NCBI GenBank assembly: GCA_963741955.1
Contig: CAVUKB010000005.1
Location: 608,001-672,000 of the forward strand
Direction of reading: 5' to 3'
Length of the DNA: 64,000 bases
Source: an uncultured Acidobacteriota bacterium
GTDB lineage: Bacteria > Acidobacteriota > Thermoanaerobaculia > Gp7-AA8
Positions 8,785-17,944 of the stretch are shown in pieces; within the stretch, counting starts at the first letter, position 1; every line of letters begins with the position of its first letter. The notes beneath the pieces are model-generated. The model searched no databases. It saw only the letters and a program-made list of their open reading frames with translations, and was not told the origin of the DNA. Position numbers and translations under genes: made by a program.

Positions 8785-10224
8785 TCAGCCCGTCTGGACC
8801 GGTTGCTCGAGCTCCCGCACCGCGACGTCGAGCATCCCGTCCACCTGATCCTGCACCGGGCTTTCGCAGTAGATGCGGATCAGAGGCTCGGTGCCCGATT
8901 TCCGGAAGAGAATCCACGAGCCGTCTTCGAAGTTGAGCTTCACGCCATCGAGCGATTCGCGCCGGGTCATCGGCATCCCGAACGCGTTGTCGAGATCGCC
9001 GCGCTCGACGCGGAAGAGGAAGTGCTCGATCGCGGTGCGCGGCTCGTGGAGGTCGCGCCGGTCGTAATGAGCTGCCCCGAACTCCTCTTCCATCAGCGAG
9101 ACCACGCGCGAGAGGGGCTCTCGCCTCTCGGCGAGGCACTCCGCAACCAGAAGGCCGGAAAGGATGCCGTCGCGCTCCGGAAGGAACGCGCCGAAGCCGA
9201 TCCCTCCGCTCTCCTCTCCACCCAGCAGCACCCCGTTCTCGAGCATCAGGTCGACGATGTATTTGAATCCGATCTTCGTTTCGTGCAGCCGGACGCCGAG
9301 AGCGGTAGCGATCTTTTCGATCAACCGGGTCGTGGAGAACGTCTTGACCAGATCCCCTCGCATTCCTTTGTCGCGCACCAGATAGAGCGCGAGGAGTGAA
9401 AGGATCTGGTGCGGTGAGACGAAGCGTCCCCCCTCGTCGATCACGCCGAGACGGTCGGCATCTCCGTCGTTGCAGATCGCGAGGTGGTATTCGCCACGCG
9501 CCATCAGTCTGAGGGTGACGCCGAGGTTCTCCGGAATCGGTTCGGGATTCACTCCGCCGAAGGCCGGATTCACGTCCGCACGGATGGTCCGAACGCTCAC
9601 GGTCTTCCCCAACTCGCGCACCGGACCGTCGAGGTGGAGGATGCGGGCGACCAGCGGGGAGCCTGCGCCGTGGATCGGGTCGTGGAGGATCCGCAGTCCG
9701 GACTCACGAATCTTCTCGACGTCGACGATCTCCCGGACCGCGTCGACGTATGGAGTGAGGATGTCTTCCTTGGTGACCGAGCCGCCGCCGCGGCGGTCTT
9801 CCATCCCGAGGCTCTCGGAGATCTTCTCGTACATGCTGGGAAGCGCGGAGCCGCCGTACCACCCTTTGAATTTGATGCCGTTGTAGACGGCGGGATTGTG
9901 GCTGGCGGTGATGATCACCCCGCCGAGAAGCTTCCGGCTCTTCACAGCGTGGGAAACGGTCTGCGAAGGGGTCGGAGCGTCGGAGAGGATCACGTCGTAG
10001 CCGGCCTTGCTGAGCGTCAGAGCGGCTTCGTATGCGAAATCGGCGGAGAGAAAACGACGGTCGTACCCGACGACCAGACGATTCGCGTCGACACCGTCCG
10101 GCGCTTCGAATTCACGCGCCGCCAGACCGATCGCGTCCGCGACCCGCCTCACATTTTCGAACGTGAAGCGGTCCGCGATGACCGCACGCCAGCCGTCGGT
10201 GCCGAACTGAAATTCATCCCGCAT
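8785..10224 (-). CDS. Phosphoglucomutase/phosphomannomutase family protein
   Basis: FGTDGWR, TASHNP, DGDADR and GGEESGG motifs. Confidence 0.95.
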   Translation of the reverse strand: MRDEFQFGTDGWRAVIADRFTFENVRRVADAIGLAAREFEAPDGVDANRLVVGYDRRFLSADFAYEAALTLSKAGYDVILSDAPTPSQTVSHAVKSRKLLGGVIITASHNPAVYNGIKFKGWYGGSALPSMYEKISESLGMEDRRGGGSVTKEDILTPYVDAVREIVDVEKIRESGLRILHDPIHGAGSPLVARILHLDGPVRELGKTVSVRTIRADVNPAFGGVNPEPIPENLGVTLRLMARGEYHLAICNDGDADRLGVIDEGGRFVSPHQILSLLALYLVRDKGMRGDLVKTFSTTRLIEKIATALGVRLHETKIGFKYIVDLMLENGVLLGGEESGGIGFGAFLPERDGILSGLLVAECLAERREPLSRVVSLMEEEFGAAHYDRRDLHEPRTAIEHFLFRVERGDLDNAFGMPMTRRESLDGVKLNFEDGSWILFRKSGTEPLIRIYCESPVQDQVDGMLDVAVRELEQPVQTG

Positions 10225-11554
10225 TCCCTTCCCCACTCCTCAGCTCCGTCACCGTCACGAATCGGAACCCGCGGTCACGGAATCTTTCGATCATCTCCGG
10301 CAGAGCATTCTCGACCCGGGTCCCCTCATCCCGATCCGTTCCAAGATGCATCAGGATGATCCCGCCGTTCAGCGTGGTGTGGTTCGCCACATCGAATGAC
10401 AGCATGCGGCTGGCCACTTCTTCGGGTGAATGATAGAGAGGCGACTGCCGATCCACCACCCAGTCGAGCGAGTCGAGATTGTACCTCCGACCCCGCGTCC
10501 ATCCTACATGGAGGTATCCCAGCTCCGCCGCCCAGCCTCGGATCTCGCTGTTCTCCTCTCCGAAAGGAGCCCGCCAGTAGTGCGACATCTCGTGCCCGGT
10601 CAGGGCGTGGAAAGCGTCAGCGGTCCTTCGAAGCTCGTCCTGTAGTCGCTCCCGCGTCATTCCGGGGAGAGTCCGCTGGCGCCGGTTCTGCGCGAAGGTG
10701 GTCAGGTGCGGGTGGTCCCAGGTGTGGTTTCCCACCTCGTGACCGTCTTCGACGATCCGCTTCACGATCGCGGGATACTTGCGAATGAACTGGCCGGTGA
10801 GGAAGATCGTAGTCCGGATGTGATTCGCTCGCAGAACGTCGAGGATCTGCAGCGCTCCCTCATCGTTCGACCCCGCGTCGAAGGAGAGGACGATCGACCT
10901 CTCGTCTTTCGAACCGCGAGTGAGGCTCTCCACGAACTGCGCCTTGTTGGACCGGACCGACTCGCGCGCGATCGCCAGGTCGAGCTGCGGCGACGAAAGG
11001 CTCGAGGGATTCGGCACGAACGACGCGGTCTTCAGGTCGCTGCTGGAGACTGCGGCGACCGAGAAGCTCGCAGAATTCGTCTCCAGCGGGAGCCGGAAGG
11101 AGAACCTTCCGTCGGGAGAGGTCGTCGCGGTCCTGATCGCCTTTCCGTCGCGAAGGAGAAAGATCAACGCACCCGCGGTGCCGGTCCCGCTGATGGTCAT
11201 GGAGTCCTGACCCTCGTCCATCGAATCGATCTTCGCCACGACCGGCGTCGCTCTGCTGTAGATCGTGTATCCGAAGACCGAGCCTTCGAGCTCCGCGGTG
11301 GCCTGCAGGACGAGGAGAATGATCGGCAGGAGTGCGCATACCACGACGATGGCGAAGGTGTGCAGCGGCACCGCTCTCCTGGCGAGCTCGCGCATCCGCC
11401 GGCCCATCTCCGTGGCTCGGAATCGCAGCCAGCAGTTGCGGCTGCAGAAGATATGGTGATCCCTGCGGAAGTAACAATCGATACAGATGATCTCTCTGCA
11501 CCTGAAGCACTTCCGCCGCGCCGCTTTTTCAGGATGCCTGTGGCAGGCCGTCAT
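10214..11554 (-). CDS. Polysaccharide deacetylase (CE4/NodB) with N-terminal B-box-like Zn finger and TM helix
   Basis: LSFDAG, GHEVGNHTWDHP, RAPFG and ILMH motifs; N-terminus CxxH...CxxC...CxxC...CxxxC. Confidence 0.88.
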   Translation of the reverse strand: MTACHRHPEKAARRKCFRCREIICIDCYFRRDHHIFCSRNCWLRFRATEMGRRMRELARRAVPLHTFAIVVVCALLPIILLVLQATAELEGSVFGYTIYSRATPVVAKIDSMDEGQDSMTISGTGTAGALIFLLRDGKAIRTATTSPDGRFSFRLPLETNSASFSVAAVSSSDLKTASFVPNPSSLSSPQLDLAIARESVRSNKAQFVESLTRGSKDERSIVLSFDAGSNDEGALQILDVLRANHIRTTIFLTGQFIRKYPAIVKRIVEDGHEVGNHTWDHPHLTTFAQNRRQRTLPGMTRERLQDELRRTADAFHALTGHEMSHYWRAPFGEENSEIRGWAAELGYLHVGWTRGRRYNLDSLDWVVDRQSPLYHSPEEVASRMLSFDVANHTTLNGGIILMHLGTDRDEGTRVENALPEMIERFRDRGFRFVTVTELRSGEGNAG

Positions 11555-11560
11555 TCATGG

Positions 11561-12040
11561 TTATTGTACAGTGCTCGTCTTCCTGTCGAGCCTGACACCT
11601 TCGGGACCTCCGCGGATCACGAATCGCGAATTACGATCCGGCTGGGGGGCACCACTGATCATCGGCTCGCCGGACGATGCGAATCCGGCCGGCTCCGAAT
11701 CGGGCTGGAGGTCTTCCGGGGTCGCGCCGAGGATCTGTTCCCGTCGCGCTGCGTCGAGCGAAAGCGGATCGACCGTAGAGGTCTCCGGAATCGCCTGCGG
11801 CGCCTCCTCCGTGACGATCACTTCCGGGGGATGCGAGGGTACGGTCGTCGTCGCAGCGACCCGCTGATTCCAGAGGCGCCCGCTCCGGTGATCCGCAGGA
11901 CCGCGGAACTCCTCGAAAAGAGAGAGAGCCGCGAAACCGACTGTGACCACGAGCAGCAGCCAGCCGAAGTTCTTCAGCGTCACGATGCGGCGTCGTCTCC
12001 TCCGGTCGGGAAGGCGTCTGAGTTCTCTTCGTCCAAGCAT
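11561..12040 (-). CDS. Hypothetical single-pass membrane protein
   Basis: Basic N-terminus, one TM helix and an acidic Pro-rich tail; co-oriented 6 bp upstream of the deacetylase. Confidence 0.65.
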   Translation of the reverse strand: MLGRRELRRLPDRRRRRRIVTLKNFGWLLLVVTVGFAALSLFEEFRGPADHRSGRLWNQRVAATTTVPSHPPEVIVTEEAPQAIPETSTVDPLSLDAARREQILGATPEDLQPDSEPAGFASSGEPMISGAPQPDRNSRFVIRGGPEGVRLDRKTSTVQ

Positions 12041-12274
12041 TTGCGGGCTCTCCTGATGAGTTTTACTCCAAATAACATGCCAACCCGGGTGTTTTCCTCA
12101 GCTTGCGAAGAAGAATCGCACATGCCCCCAACTCTTTGAGCCCCCAAGAGATCGATCTTCGGCCTCGCACGATCGAGTGGGCGTCGGAAGCCGGATGCGG
12201 CCCGAGTCTTACAGTGTCCCATCCGCCCTCCCACTTCGCCTTCCGCCTTCCGCATTCCGGCACGGCGACGCCGC

Positions 12275-12307
12275 AAACGAAACGAGCCGGCCCGAAGGCC
12301 GGCTCGT
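12275..12307 (-). terminator. Rho-independent terminator after pnp
   Basis: ACGAGCCGGCC-TTCG-GGCCGGCTCGT-TTCGTTT on the minus strand. Confidence 0.8.
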
Positions 12308-12333
12308 CTTTTCTGCCGTCGATTTCCGTTGGA

Positions 12334-14598
12334 TCAGCGGCCGCCGTGGCCGCCATGGCCACTGTGACCGCCGCGTCCGCCGCCACCGCCGCCGGGGCCG
12401 CGCCGCCCACCGCCGCCGGGGCCGCGACGATCCGGGCCGCGTCCGCCACCACCCTCGCGGGGGCTGCTCCGATGCTGCTCGGCGTCCTGCTGCATCTGCT
12501 GCTGCTCCTCCTCGGTGGGAGGGGGAAGCAGAGGCTTGCGCGAGAGCCGGATCTTGTTCGTATCGGGATCGATCTCCACGACCTGAACGTCGACCTGATC
12601 TCCGAGCTGGTAGAAGTCGGTCACGGACCGGACGCGCGTATGCGCGATCTCGGAGATGTGGAGCAGACCGTCCTGCCCCGGAAGGATCTCGATGAACGCG
12701 CCGTACGGCTCGATCCTCTTGACCGTTCCGTGGTAGGTCTTGCCGATCTCGGGGGACGCAGTCAGACCCTTGATGATCTCGATCGCCTTCTCCGCGGATT
12801 CCTGATCCGAAGAGGCGATGGTCACCGTTCCGTCGTCTTCGACCTCGATCTTCGTCCCGGTCTCTTCGACGATCCAGCGGATCGTCTTTCCACCGGAGCC
12901 GATCACGTCGCGGATGCGGTCCTTCGGAATGTGCACGGTGTAGAGCCGCGGTGCGTACTCGGAGAGCTCCGCACGCGGGGACTCGATGACCGCCTTCATC
13001 TTTCCGAGGATGAAGAGCCGTCCCTGCCGCGCCTGCTCCAGCGCCTTCCCCATGATCTCGCGGGAGATTCCGCTGATCTTGATGTCCATCTGGAGCGCCG
13101 TGATGCCGCTTTCGGATCCGGCGACCTTGAAGTCCATGTCGCCCTCGTGATCTTCGAGACCGGCGATGTCGGTGAGGATCACCGCGCGATCGCCGCCTTT
13201 GATCAGTCCCATCGCCACACCGGCGACCGGAGCTCCCACCGGAACACCGGCGTCCATGAGCGCCAGCGAACCGCCGCAGACCGAGGCCATCGACGACGAG
13301 CCGTTCGACTCGAGAATGTCCGAGACGCAGCGGATGGTATACGGGAAATCGGCATCCGCCGGGAGAAGGGGCTCGAGAGCACGACGGGCGAGATTTCCGT
13401 GTCCGATCTCACGCCTCGCGGGACCGCGCATGAACTTCACTTCACCGACCGAGAACGGCGGGAAGTTGTAGTGGAGCATGAAGCGCTGGAAGGTCTCGCC
13501 TTCGAAGTCCTCGATCTTCTGGGCTTCCTGAGGGGTGCCGAGGGTGACCGTGACCAGAGCCTGGGTCTCGCCGCGGGTGAAGATGGCGGACCCGTGGGTT
13601 CTCGGAAGAACGCCGACCCGGATGTCGATCGGACGGATCTCGTCGGGCTTGCGCCCGTCGGGACGGGTCTGGTCGACAGTGATCAGATCGCGGAAGACTT
13701 CCTTCTCCATTTCGGCGAAGGCGGCCTTGCGCGCTTCGATCTCCTCGAGGTTGTCGGTCTCGACACCTTCGACGAACTTCGCTGCGACCGCATGAGCGGC
13801 CTCGCGGCGCGCCTGCTTACCCTGGGTGAGCAATGCTGCGCGGAGGTCCGCACCGAACTTCCCCTTCAACTCCGCGTAGAGCTGTTCGGAGTACTTCGGC
13901 GCCCATTTCACTTCGAGCTTCGGTTTTCCAGCCTCTTCGCGAAGAGCGAGCTGGAGGTCGCAGAGGTGGCGGATCTCTTCGTGAGCGCGCTCGAGAGCGT
14001 CGAGCACGAGGCTCTCACTGACTTCGCGCGCTCCCGCTTCGACCATCACGATCGCGTCTTTCGTTCCCGCGACGACCAGGTCGAGGTCCGACAGGTCGCG
14101 CTTCGAATTGGTCGGGTTGACCACCAGCTCGCCGTCGATCACGCCGATGCGGACTGCCGCGATCGGATTCGGGAACGGGATCTCCGAGACCACGAGGGCA
14201 GTCGAAGCCGCGTTGATCGCCAGAATGTCCGGATCATTCTCGCCGTCGGCAGAGAGCACGAGGGCGATGATCTGTGTCTCGTTCCGGTAGCCTTTGGTGA
14301 ATGAAGGACGAAGCGGACGATCGATCAGACGCGAGGTGAGGACTTCCTTTTCGGTCGGCCTTCCTTCGCGTTTGAAGAATCCGCCGGGGATCCTTCCGCC
14401 GGCGTACGTGTATTCCTTGTAGTCGACGGTCAGGGGCATGAAGTCGCCCAGCACTGCTCCCTCGCGATAACAGGCCGTCGCCAGGACGACCGTGTCACCG
14501 TAACGAATCCAGCATGCGCCATTCGCCTGCTTCGCGACCACACCAGTCTCGAGCGAGAGTGTTCTCCCGCCGATTTCGATTTCTTTTCTGTACACCAT
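12334..14598 (-). CDS. pnp: Polyribonucleotide nucleotidyltransferase
   Basis: RIPGGFFKREGR, SNGSSSMASVC, GDMDFKVAG; KH and S1 domains. Confidence 0.98.
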   Translation of the reverse strand: MVYRKEIEIGGRTLSLETGVVAKQANGACWIRYGDTVVLATACYREGAVLGDFMPLTVDYKEYTYAGGRIPGGFFKREGRPTEKEVLTSRLIDRPLRPSFTKGYRNETQIIALVLSADGENDPDILAINAASTALVVSEIPFPNPIAAVRIGVIDGELVVNPTNSKRDLSDLDLVVAGTKDAIVMVEAGAREVSESLVLDALERAHEEIRHLCDLQLALREEAGKPKLEVKWAPKYSEQLYAELKGKFGADLRAALLTQGKQARREAAHAVAAKFVEGVETDNLEEIEARKAAFAEMEKEVFRDLITVDQTRPDGRKPDEIRPIDIRVGVLPRTHGSAIFTRGETQALVTVTLGTPQEAQKIEDFEGETFQRFMLHYNFPPFSVGEVKFMRGPARREIGHGNLARRALEPLLPADADFPYTIRCVSDILESNGSSSMASVCGGSLALMDAGVPVGAPVAGVAMGLIKGGDRAVILTDIAGLEDHEGDMDFKVAGSESGITALQMDIKISGISREIMGKALEQARQGRLFILGKMKAVIESPRAELSEYAPRLYTVHIPKDRIRDVIGSGGKTIRWIVEETGTKIEVEDDGTVTIASSDQESAEKAIEIIKGLTASPEIGKTYHGTVKRIEPYGAFIEILPGQDGLLHISEIAHTRVRSVTDFYQLGDQVDVQVVEIDPDTNKIRLSRKPLLPPPTEEEQQQMQQDAEQHRSSPREGGGGRGPDRRGPGGGGRRGPGGGGGGRGGHSGHGGHGGR

Positions 14599-14774
14599 GG
14601 TTCCTCTCTGCGCAGTCCACTCATCAACGTGCGCAAGTCGTTCCTGTCTCAGGGCCTGAGGTGGCCGGAGGTCATCCTTGTGCGGCCTTGACGAACGGAT
14701 CCTGCTTCAGAATTGCAGGTGAGGGCTGAACGGCCCTTTCGCGCTCGTACCGCGGTCAACCTGGAGGGGGGAAG

Positions 14775-15041
14775 CTACTTGCGAATTCCGAGTCGCTCGA
14801 TCAGCGTGCGGTACCGCTCCACGTCCGTCTTCTTCAGGTAATCGAGAAGCCGACGGCGGCGACCGACGAGCTTGAGGAGTCCCCGCCGGCTGTGGTGATC
14901 CTTTGCGTGCGATTTGAAATGCTCGGTCAGGTAGCTGATCCGGTTCGACAGGAGCGCGATCTGCACTTCCGGCGAGCCGGTGTCGGACTCGTGAGTCCGA
15001 TACTCCGTGATGATGCCCTGCTTTTCCTTGACGTTCAGCAA
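14775..15041 (-). CDS. rpsO: 30S ribosomal protein S15
   Basis: [12 protein letters not shown]...[23 protein letters not shown]; TTG start after an AGGAG RBS. Confidence 0.97.
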   Translation of the reverse strand: MLNVKEKQGIITEYRTHESDTGSPEVQIALLSNRISYLTEHFKSHAKDHHSRRGLLKLVGRRRRLLDYLKKTDVERYRTLIERLGIRK

Positions 15042-15235
15042 ACCAGTGTTCTCCTTCTGAAACTCCGAAATATTCATTCCATTCAAGTCGTGACAATCTA
15101 ACAGCGGGTCGGGCCAAAATCAATCCCGAACGGCGGAAATTCTTTGCGACAGCGTGACTTACGCGGATCGACGATCCGGGCTTCGGCCGAGGTTTCGCCA
15201 CCCCTCCAGGCCGCGGCCGACCCCCCTCGAGAGCC

Positions 15236-16144
15236 TCAGAGCACCACCCGGGGCTGGAGCGAGACGACTCCCCTCTCCCCCACCACATCCACCGCCTCGG
15301 CTAGGCCCACGATCTCATCTCCGGTGTTCGTGATGCAGACCAGATCTCCCCGGTTCAGGGGCTCTTCGGCGCGAGTGACGATGGTCTGCCCGCTCATCAG
15401 CTTCCGTTCCTGCATCGGATCGACCATCACGAACGGCAGAGGCATCGGGATGTCCTGCATGCCGCGGAAGTGTGGAACGCGGAAGAGATCTTCGTCTGCC
15501 GCCTCTCTGATCGAATCGGACGGCATGGCCTCCTCCACCGTCAGAGGACCCACCGCGGTCCGGCGCAGCGATTTGAGGTGCGCGCCGGTCCCGGTCATCT
15601 TTCCCAGCTCGTCCGCGATCGACCGGACGTACGTTCCGGCGGAACAGCGAACCCGGAACCTGGCGACCGAACCTTCGACCGCGAGAATGGTCAGCTCCCG
15701 GACCGAGACCCGTTTCGGCTTCAGGTCGGCCCGCTCTCCTCTCCGCGCAAGCTCGTATGCCCTTACCCCTCCGACCTTCTTCGCCGAGAACTGCGGCGGC
15801 ATCTGCTCGATCTCTCCGGTCAGCTTCGCCACCAGAGGAGAGAAATCGACCGATCCGACATCGGCCGGAGTTTCTTCTCCGACCGGAGCTCCCGCTGCAT
15901 CGAAACTGTCAGTCGCCCAGCCGAACTGAATCTCGCCTTCGTACGTTTTCTCGAAGCTCATCAGGTACGACTGGAGCCTGGTGACCTTCCCCACGCAGAG
16001 CACGAGGAGACCGGTGGCGAGAGGGTCGAGCGTGCCGGCATGCCCGACGCGTTTGACGCGCGTCCGCCTCCGGAAAAGATCGACCACGTCGTGAGAGGTC
16101 AGTCCGGTGGCTTTGTCGACGAGGAGAAGGCCGTCTCTGGTCAT
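15236..16144 (-). CDS. truB: tRNA pseudouridine(55) synthase
   Basis: GHAGTLDPLATG and CSAGTYVRS motifs. Confidence 0.97.
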   Translation of the reverse strand: MTRDGLLLVDKATGLTSHDVVDLFRRRTRVKRVGHAGTLDPLATGLLVLCVGKVTRLQSYLMSFEKTYEGEIQFGWATDSFDAAGAPVGEETPADVGSVDFSPLVAKLTGEIEQMPPQFSAKKVGGVRAYELARRGERADLKPKRVSVRELTILAVEGSVARFRVRCSAGTYVRSIADELGKMTGTGAHLKSLRRTAVGPLTVEEAMPSDSIREAADEDLFRVPHFRGMQDIPMPLPFVMVDPMQERKLMSGQTIVTRAEEPLNRGDLVCITNTGDEIVGLAEAVDVVGERGVVSLQPRVVL

Positions 16145-16191
16145 GTCTGAATTTTCGATTTCCTGGATCTGAGCGCGGCCCGGCCGCTGCG

Positions 16192-17172
16192 TCAGACGAT
16201 CTCTCCGAGGATCGAAAGGAGCTTCGTTTTCGCCTCGTCGAGAGGAAGCGGGATCAAACAGCCGGCAGCGGCCTTGTGCCCTCCGCCGCCGAACATCGCC
16301 GCGACCGCCTGGACGTCGACTCCCGGTTTCGCACGCATGGAGACCCGCGTTCCGCCATCCGCTTCCTTCAGAAGGGCGGAGACGAGAACGCCATCGATGG
16401 TCCGGCCGTAGTTGACGATGCCTTCCGAGTCTTCCGGCGTTGCACCCGCCTGGTCGAGAAAACCCTTCGGCATCTGGAGAGCCGCGATCTTCCCGTCCGC
16501 TACGATCTCCATCGTGTTCAGACAGAGCCCGAGCAGACGGATCGATGCCGGCGAGACGCTCTCGTTCAGCCAGAGCGAGATCTCCCCCGGATCTGCACCC
16601 TCGCGGACCATTCTCTCCGCGGCCTCGAAGGTTCGGAGTGTGGTGTTGGTATAGCGAAAGAAGCCGGTGTCACTCGCCAGGGAGACGTACATCGCCGTCG
16701 CGATATCCGCGTTCATCGGCGCACCGAGAACGTCGTTGAGCCGAAGCACCATCTCGCCAACGGACGGCGCTTCCATATCGAGGTAGTTGATCTCTCCGTA
16801 CATGGTGTTGCCGAGATGGTGGTCGATGTTGATCACCGGCCCCGGAAGGATGGGATAGCCGGTCCGTTCGTGCTCGGGGCACTCCATGGTGAAGAGCGCG
16901 TCGTAACCGTCGGGATAGTCGGACGGGAGCTCGTCGGCGATGCGGACGTCCTCCGTCCCGGGAAGATTTCCGAGCGGCTTTCCAAACGGGTCGCGGACCA
17001 CCACCTCTGCGTCCTTCCCCAGGTTGCGAAGAAGTCCGCGAAGCGCGAGGGCACTGCCGATCGCGTCGCCGTCGGGGTTACGGTGTGCGGTGATGAGAAA
17101 TCGTTTGCCTTCGCGGACGCGCGTCGCGATCGCCCTGCAGGCCTCTTCAGGAGTCATTTCGGTCTTCGGCAT
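16192..17172 (-). CDS. nrnA: DHH-family oligoribonuclease/pAp phosphatase
   Basis: HRNPDGD, IDHH, SDTGFF and GGGGHKAAAG motifs; conserved rbfA-truB position. Confidence 0.9.
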   Translation of the reverse strand: MPKTEMTPEEACRAIATRVREGKRFLITAHRNPDGDAIGSALALRGLLRNLGKDAEVVVRDPFGKPLGNLPGTEDVRIADELPSDYPDGYDALFTMECPEHERTGYPILPGPVINIDHHLGNTMYGEINYLDMEAPSVGEMVLRLNDVLGAPMNADIATAMYVSLASDTGFFRYTNTTLRTFEAAERMVREGADPGEISLWLNESVSPASIRLLGLCLNTMEIVADGKIAALQMPKGFLDQAGATPEDSEGIVNYGRTIDGVLVSALLKEADGGTRVSMRAKPGVDVQAVAAMFGGGGHKAAAGCLIPLPLDEAKTKLLSILGEIV

Positions 17173-17545
17173 TCTCGTCCCCCTCTTCCGGCGATTCGCT
17201 CTTCACACCGAGCTCGCGAAGTTTCTTTTCGATCGAGATCGCCTGCTCGGCGGTCCGGTCGAGGTGAAACTCCAGCTCGGGCATCCGCCGGAGCGACGAG
17301 CGCTGCGCCAGAAGATGCCGGAACTTCGGCCTCACTCCCTGCAGTCTCGAAATGGCCTCCTGCTGCTTCGCCTGGTCGCCGAAGACGCTGACGTAGATCC
17401 GGGCCACCTTGAGATCGGTAGAGATCTCGACGTCCGTGACCGTCACGAATCCGAGCTTCAGCTCGGCGAAATCGCGAAGCAGAAGGTCGGAGACGGCGGC
17501 GCGCATCTGATCTCCGATCTGCGTGGTTCTTCGAGTCTTCTTCAT
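17147..17545 (-). CDS. rbfA: Ribosome-binding factor A
   Basis: VTVTDVEISTDLKVARIYVS...LRRMPELEF. Confidence 0.95.
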   Translation of the reverse strand: MKKTRRTTQIGDQMRAAVSDLLLRDFAELKLGFVTVTDVEISTDLKVARIYVSVFGDQAKQQEAISRLQGVRPKFRHLLAQRSSLRRMPELEFHLDRTAEQAISIEKKLRELGVKSESPEEGDENAEDRNDS

Positions 17546-17889
17546 TCGATGTCGAATTCCTGTTCGAAGTCGCCGCCGGGCAACTCCAGCGGTGCTTCAT
17601 CGTCGAATTGGATGACCTCGTGGCCCCTGCCGATCACCCGTGCATCCGTATTCTCTTCCACGAACTCCCCGATTGCCTCGAGGATGCGGTCGACGCTCTT
17701 CGCGTCGCCGGAGACCACTGCGACTGCCAGTCGCGCTCGTTGATGGAGATCCTGGAGTGCGACCTCGGCGACCGAGACTTCGAATCGGTTGCGAAGCCGG
17801 TCGCGGAGGCTCTTCACGATCATCCGCTTCTCTTTGAGAGAATGTGCGTGCGGGATGTGAAGCTCGAATGTCGTAACGCCCACGAACAT
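17542..17889 (-). CDS. DUF503 (YlxP-like) protein
   Basis: HSLKEKRMIVKSLRDRLRNRFEVSVAEV; infB-rbfA context. Confidence 0.9.
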   Translation of the reverse strand: MFVGVTTFELHIPHAHSLKEKRMIVKSLRDRLRNRFEVSVAEVALQDLHQRARLAVAVVSGDAKSVDRILEAIGEFVEENTDARVIGRGHEVIQFDDEAPLELPGGDFEQEFDIE

Positions 17890-17944
17890 GATGAAACGGG
17901 AGCGTCGCCTCGCGGACGACCGCTCCCGGACCCATCAGCAGAGA

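Noticed and set aside
15042-15235. S15 autoregulatory leader RNA
   Set aside because: Plausible by position, but I could not identify a supporting structure by eye.
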